Shown: positions 29,487-33,984 of the stretch, in pieces | Layout of the letters: each line of letters starts with the position of its first letter | Numbering within the stretch: position 1 is the stretch's first letter | Assembly: GCA_963813075.1 (NCBI GenBank) | Contig: CAWEXU010000022.1 | Coordinates: 1 to 33,984, forward strand | Source: Methanotrichaceae archaeon | GTDB taxonomy: Archaea > Halobacteriota > Methanosarcinia > Methanotrichales > Methanotrichaceae | Length of the DNA: 33,984 nucleotides | Reading direction: 5' to 3' | Notes under the pieces: model-generated | Told to the model about the DNA's origin: nothing | The model's input: only the letters and a program-made list of their open reading frames with translations | Database searches by the model: none | Position numbers and translations under genes: made by a program

Positions 29487-30388
29487 AAAATCACCTCGGT
29501 GGCGCTTCTGTTTGCCCAGCACTGGAAGTTTATGGCCACCGGCAGGGAGGCGGTATGGCATAGCGCCTTCTCGATTCTCAGGCCGAGGACGGTGGTGTCC
29601 CCGCCCAGGCCCATGGGGCCGATGCCCAGGCTGTTCAGCCTCTTCATGAGGTTCTCTTCAAACCTCTGCCTTTTCGTCTCTTCAGGCGAGCTGGTATGGA
29701 TGATGCAGCGGTCGGTTCTCTGGGAGGATTCCCGAGAATATGGCTGGAGGCAGTGCATATTGAGCAGAGCGTGCTTAGCCAGCCGGGCGGCCAGATCGAA
29801 GCTGCCGCCGATCCCTATTCCCAGGAACAGAGGTGGACAGGCATTGGCTGCCCTCTCCCTGACCGCATCGACGATGAACTCCATTGGGTCGTCTGCCGGA
29901 TTGAGCATCATGACGAGGCTCATGTTCTCAGATCCTGCTCCCTTGGGAAAAGCAGTTATGCTCAGGCTCTGGCCACAGGTCCGGTCCAGGATGATGTCCG
30001 GCATCCCGGGACCGGTATTGTCCTTGCTGTTCTCTCTTGTTAGGGGATCGACTGCATTGGGCCGGAGAGGTATCTGGGATGTTGCTCTCCTCACTCCTTG
30101 AGCTATGGCCTCCTGAAGATCGAAGTCCAGGATCAGATCCTGGCCCATCAGAACATGAAATATGGCCAGGCCGGTATCCTGGCAGATGGGCAGGCCTCTT
30201 GATCCGGCAAGGCTAACATTGTCCAGCATGAACTGGAGCTGAGAGCGGGCCAGGGGACTGGTCTCCCTTTCAAGCCCTTCTTTTATTCTCTCCAAGACCC
30301 AGGGAGGAAGAGAGGTTTCAGCTCGATATAGGGCGCGAACGGTGGCATCTGTCACCTGAGAGCTAGTGATCATCTGATTCTCACCCAT
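29483..30388 (-). CDS. Fe-S hydro-lyase (class I fumarate hydratase/tartrate dehydratase) alpha subunit
   Basis: PICQDTG, PKGAGSEN, ACPP, GIGPMGLGG, HTASLPVA, QCWA. Confidence 0.95.
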   Translation of the reverse strand: MGENQMITSSQVTDATVRALYRAETSLPPWVLERIKEGLERETSPLARSQLQFMLDNVSLAGSRGLPICQDTGLAIFHVLMGQDLILDFDLQEAIAQGVRRATSQIPLRPNAVDPLTRENSKDNTGPGMPDIILDRTCGQSLSITAFPKGAGSENMSLVMMLNPADDPMEFIVDAVRERAANACPPLFLGIGIGGSFDLAARLAKHALLNMHCLQPYSRESSQRTDRCIIHTSSPEETKRQRFEENLMKRLNSLGIGPMGLGGDTTVLGLRIEKALCHTASLPVAINFQCWANRSATEVIL

Positions 30389-30393
30389 CTCCT

Positions 30394-31134
30394 TTACCCT
30401 TCCAACTTCTTGCCCTTCTTTCCCGGCTCGATCTTAATGGGCTTGGACTGCTCGGGAAGGACAAGCCGGGTGACCTTACCCAGAGCCCTCTCCATGGCAT
30501 CCTTATGCAGGTCTCCGGAGGTGTGGATGCCCCCTGGACCTCCCCTCACTGCGCGACAGGGATACTGCTGGCAGAATAGGCCGGTGAGGGACGGGGCCTC
30601 ATCCACAGTCTTTCCCACTATGCCGGAGGCGGCATGCCATGTCGCCCCGCAGGGGGAGCCGCGCAAGACGCGCACACCGCTGATCTTGCCGTCCTTTGTC
30701 TGGACCTCTAGCTCCGGTTTTCCCAGCTTTTTCGCGAACTGGTCGATCGCCGGGACGCCGCATTCCTCCAGGGTGCAGCAGATCTCATCAACCTCGATGT
30801 GGATGTTATACTCCTCAGCGATCTTCTCCAGCTCAGTGATGGAGCCCGCCCGGCCTATGCCGCCGGGAATGATGACCGCCTTAACTTTCTCTTTTCCTGC
30901 CAGGCGGACGATCTCCGGAGTGAGGTCCGGATGAAATGTGTAGAGAATGAGCAGGTCAGCCTGGAAGATTTGCGGGTCTAAATTCAGCTCCCGGACGAAC
31001 TCCTCAGGATCCTCTATGAATCCCGGCAGGATCTCCGGGACATCAACCGATACCACCTGGAAATCGGTGCGGGCCTTTATGGTCTCCAATAGGCGTTCGC
31101 CGTATTTTCCTCTCTTGATTACCCCAACCAGCAT
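30394..31134 (-). CDS. DUF166 family protein
   Basis: HPDL, ICCTL, GKP, RGSPCGAT, YPCRA, IHTSGDLH; start MLVGVIKRGKYG. Confidence 0.85.
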   Translation of the reverse strand: MLVGVIKRGKYGERLLETIKARTDFQVVSVDVPEILPGFIEDPEEFVRELNLDPQIFQADLLILYTFHPDLTPEIVRLAGKEKVKAVIIPGGIGRAGSITELEKIAEEYNIHIEVDEICCTLEECGVPAIDQFAKKLGKPELEVQTKDGKISGVRVLRGSPCGATWHAASGIVGKTVDEAPSLTGLFCQQYPCRAVRGGPGGIHTSGDLHKDAMERALGKVTRLVLPEQSKPIKIEPGKKGKKLEG

Positions 31135-31185
31135 GCAGAAGGGATCGGCCAGCGTATTAATATCCTTGCCGGAGAAGAGGGACTC

Positions 31186-32565
31186 ATGCGCCCGGCAAGC
31201 TCGGAGAGATGGTTGGATAGATCGGTTCCAGCGGTGCTCGTCGCCGGCACCCATAGCGGAGTAGGCAAGACGACGATCACCCTAGGTCTGATGGCCGCCC
31301 TGCGCGCTCGCGGTCTGGTGGTTCAGCCCTATAAGGTGGGCCCGGACTTCATCGATCCCTCCCACCATACTGCTATCTGTGGACGGCCTTCCTTCAATTT
31401 GGACCCCTTTATGATGGGCGAGGAGGGTGTCCGTCGCTCCTTTTTCTCGGCTATCGAGGGAGCAGATGTGGCGGTGGTGGAGGGGGTGATGGGTCTATTC
31501 GACGGCATGGATGGCACAGAGGTTGGCAGCACTGCCCAGGTGGCCAAGATACTGGATATACCCGTTCTCCTGGTGATCAATGTGCACGGCATGTCGCGAA
31601 GTGCTGCCGCCATGGAGCTGGGATTTGCCAGCTACGATCCAGAGGTGCGGCTAGCGGGGACGATACTCAACCGGGTGGGAAGCAAGAGGCATCTGGATAT
31701 GCTCAAAAGCTGCCTGGCAAAGCCCGTATTCGGAGCCCTGCCCAGGGATAAAGAGATGGAGATGAAAAGCCGCCACCTGGGGCTGGTTATGGGCTTTGAG
31801 AAGGATCATGATCCAGGACTCCTGGCGACATTCCTGGAGGAGAATGCCGATATCGACATGATTCTTAAGCTTCCGGGCCAGGCCCGGCCACCCGCGATAG
31901 CCGCTTCTGTTGAACTGGCAGGGACAAAAGGAGATGGGGAAGGGGCGGTGCGAATAGGAGTGGCCAGGGATCGAGCCTTCTGCTTTTATTATCATGAGAA
32001 CCTCTTGGAGCTGGAGAGGCATGGCGCGGATCTGGTCTATTTCAGCCCTCTGAAAGACCAGTTGCCCGATGTTGAGGGACTCTATATCGGCGGGGGCTAT
32101 CCAGAGCTTTATGCCTCTGAGCTGGAGAGGGCTCCTGCCAGGAAGCAGATCAAAAAGGCCTCCGAGGATGGCATGCCCATCTATGGAGAGTGCGGGGGTC
32201 TGATGTATCTGGGAGCAGCCCTGGAGTCGGAGGCAGGCTCCTTTAAAATGGCAGGGGCCCTTCCCTGCACCACGTTCATGGAGAAGAGGCTCATGGCCCT
32301 TGGCTATGTGAAGGCGGAGGTATCGGAGAGAAATCCTCTGGCTGATGTGGGCAGGAGCCTTCGCGGTCATGAGTTTCACTATTCGCGCTGCATTTGTGAT
32401 AGGGATGCCCGTTATTGCCTGAAGCTTTCCCGGGGAAAAGGAATCGCTGATGGGCGGGACGGTCTGGTGGAGAACAACACTATGGCTGGATATCTGCATA
32501 CCCACTTTTATTCGATATCAGGTAATAAATTCGTCGAAAGCTGTCGTGCATACAGAAGGAGTTGA
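31186..32565 (+). CDS. cbiA: Cobyrinate a,c-diamide synthase family (CbiA or F430 pathway CfbB)
   Basis: SGVGKTT, KVGPDFIDP, EGVMGLFDG, SRHLGL, GGGYPE, GECGGLMYL, GHEFHYS. Confidence 0.9.
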   Translation: MRPASSERWLDRSVPAVLVAGTHSGVGKTTITLGLMAALRARGLVVQPYKVGPDFIDPSHHTAICGRPSFNLDPFMMGEEGVRRSFFSAIEGADVAVVEGVMGLFDGMDGTEVGSTAQVAKILDIPVLLVINVHGMSRSAAAMELGFASYDPEVRLAGTILNRVGSKRHLDMLKSCLAKPVFGALPRDKEMEMKSRHLGLVMGFEKDHDPGLLATFLEENADIDMILKLPGQARPPAIAASVELAGTKGDGEGAVRIGVARDRAFCFYYHENLLELERHGADLVYFSPLKDQLPDVEGLYIGGGYPELYASELERAPARKQIKKASEDGMPIYGECGGLMYLGAALESEAGSFKMAGALPCTTFMEKRLMALGYVKAEVSERNPLADVGRSLRGHEFHYSRCICDRDARYCLKLSRGKGIADGRDGLVENNTMAGYLHTHFYSISGNKFVESCRAYRRS

Positions 32566-32658
32566 AGCTGGATATCCGCAATATCTTTATAAGGGGAAAA
32601 GCTTGTTTTTTGCTGATCAATTAGCCTCTTATCCTGAGATATGCATATTTTTTGTCAC

Positions 32659-32674
32659 GGGAAAGTTTATATTC
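32659..32674 (+). promoter_or_regulatory. BRE-TATA promoter candidate
   Basis: GGGAAAG-TTTATATT upstream of ATG 32719. Confidence 0.55.
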
Positions 32675-32718
32675 AATAAAGATTTTCACGCGCATATAAG
32701 CAAAATGGAGTGTAAACT

Positions 32719-32946
32719 ATGAGCAAAATATCAAGCGGATTGGTACTCTTCTCCCTCTTGATGGCTCTGTCGATTGGAGCTGCCTTGAGCGAGGAAGTAT
32801 TGGATGAGACCCTGAATGCCAGCGAGAACGAATCCACAAACATGACCAATGTAACCAATATGACCAACGTTACCAACATGACAAACATAACCAATGTGAC
32901 CATCGAAGCCGAAAACGTTACTGTTACTGAGTCCGCTGAGGAGTAA
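32719..32946 (+). CDS. Small exported N-glycosylation-sequon-rich protein
   Basis: Signal peptide, GGAGTG RBS, tandem NxT units, acidic. Confidence 0.8.
   Translation: MSKISSGLVLFSLLMALSIGAALSEEVLDETLNASENESTNMTNVTNMTNVTNMTNITNVTIEAENVTVTESAEE
32839..32901 (+). repeat. Seven degenerate 9-bp units encoding N-[MVI]-T
   Basis: aacatgacc aatgtaacc aatatgacc aacgttacc aacatgaca aacataacc aatgtgacc. Confidence 0.85.
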
Positions 32947-33095
32947 ATCAAATCCCAGGTCAGGAGATGGTGGCTCAGCAAAATCGCCTAAACGAGCGGA
33001 TTAGGGCCAATATTCTCTTGCCATTCATTTTTGCCCAATGGCCATAAGCAGCAATAAATTATATTGGCACTATGGATGGATCGAAAGAAGCCATA

Positions 33096-33111
33096 AGAAA
33101 GGCTTATATTT
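33096..33111 (+). promoter_or_regulatory. BRE-TATA promoter candidate
   Basis: AGAAAGGCTTATATTT about 30 nt upstream of ATG 33138/33144. Confidence 0.55.
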
Positions 33112-33137
33112 TTCTGCGAATACGTTTTGATAGAGGT

Positions 33138-33948
33138 ATGAATATGAAGTGTACAGGAATGTTGATTCTATCTATGATGGTAGCCTTCTCCGTTGGGCTG
33201 GTTTTTGCCCAGGACGTAGATATCGCTGCCCTCGCAGATATGAACATCACCAATCTCACTAATCTCACGAACGCCACCAATGTCACAAATATGACAACCG
33301 TCACCAATGCAACTGCTGCAATAGAGACAATTAATGTCACAGAGGCCCCTGTAGAAGAGGTTCCAGTGGTTGAGATCCCCAATGAACGAGACCCCAATGA
33401 ACGAGACACTCGCGGAAGAGGTCGCTGTCGTTGAGGAGACTGCATCAAGGTTCAAGCAGCTCTCCAATTACACCGCTGGCACCTCCATGGTTCTGGGTAA
33501 AGCTCTTCCGGAAGGCTATTCTGATGTGGCCACATCCGCAGATCGGGCTGCTGTATTCAACCGCGATTCTGGAATTCCGGCTCCTTCGGTAAAGGTAACA
33601 ATCACCAGAGTAGTTGATACTCCTGGGGACAAGTATGTCCAGGTGGCCAATGAGGCCGTTGGCGAGTGGGATATGACCGGTTGGACGCTGGAGTCTGCGG
33701 GAGTTGCCACATTCGTCTTCCCTCAACTGGTCCTGGAGGATGGCACGTCGATCAAGGTTCATGAGGGAATGGGCGCCGGAACTGCCACCGATATCTATAC
33801 CAACAGCACTGAGCCCCTCTGGATCGACAATATCGTTACCTTAAAGGATGCTGCGGGAAATACCTTAACCAGCTATGATGTCACCACAGCTGCAGCAGAG
33901 GTAGCAACTGAATATGTCGATCCCTGGAAGGATAGGATTCAGTACTAG
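33138..33948 (+). pseudogene. Exported NxT-rich protein with lamin-tail-like (LTD) domain, split by a frameshift
   Basis: Signal peptide and NxT tract in one frame; PMNETPMNET...YVQVAN..WDMTGWTL..FVFP..L..G.SIKVH in the next; switch at about 33376-33380. Confidence 0.8.
33377..33406 (+). repeat. 15-bp tandem duplication
   Basis: ccccaatgaacgaga twice. Confidence 0.9.
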
Positions 33949-33984
33949 AGCTTGATGCGGCCATTGCGGCCGCAGATTTTTCTT

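Noticed and set aside
32839..33330. Short repeats as a possible CRISPR array
   Set aside because: Degenerate in-frame 9-bp coding units with no spacers and no cas genes

Overview
Archaeal methanogen DNA, most consistent with Methanothrix/Methanosaeta (inference from gene content, BRE/TATA promoters and NxT-rich secreted proteins). Bases 1-23.6 kb form a metal(loid)-stress island shaped by duplication and decay. It holds an ArsR + Cys/His-rich peptide + ABC transporter unit, a ferredoxin/DUF169 unit, and an intact ArsR-DUF318 (ArsP-type) permease-CcdA/Trx-thioredoxin-DGC operon ending in two exported, atypical rhodanese-fold proteins. It also holds two broken copies of the arsR-permease head and remnants of CDF (CzcD-like), ArsC, methyltransferase and rhodanese genes. 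A complete bacterial-type N-ATPase operon (atpDCQRBEFAG, Na+-type c subunit) sits between the same flanks that bound the redox/rhodanese cargo in the intact copy, which suggests cassette replacement. Bases 23.6-34 kb look like core genome: SemiSWEET, secreted paralogs, UbiA, cupin PGI, DUF434, fumarate hydratase alpha/beta, DUF166, CbiA/CfbB and NxT-repeat glycoproteins. All family calls come from motif recognition by eye, not database searches.
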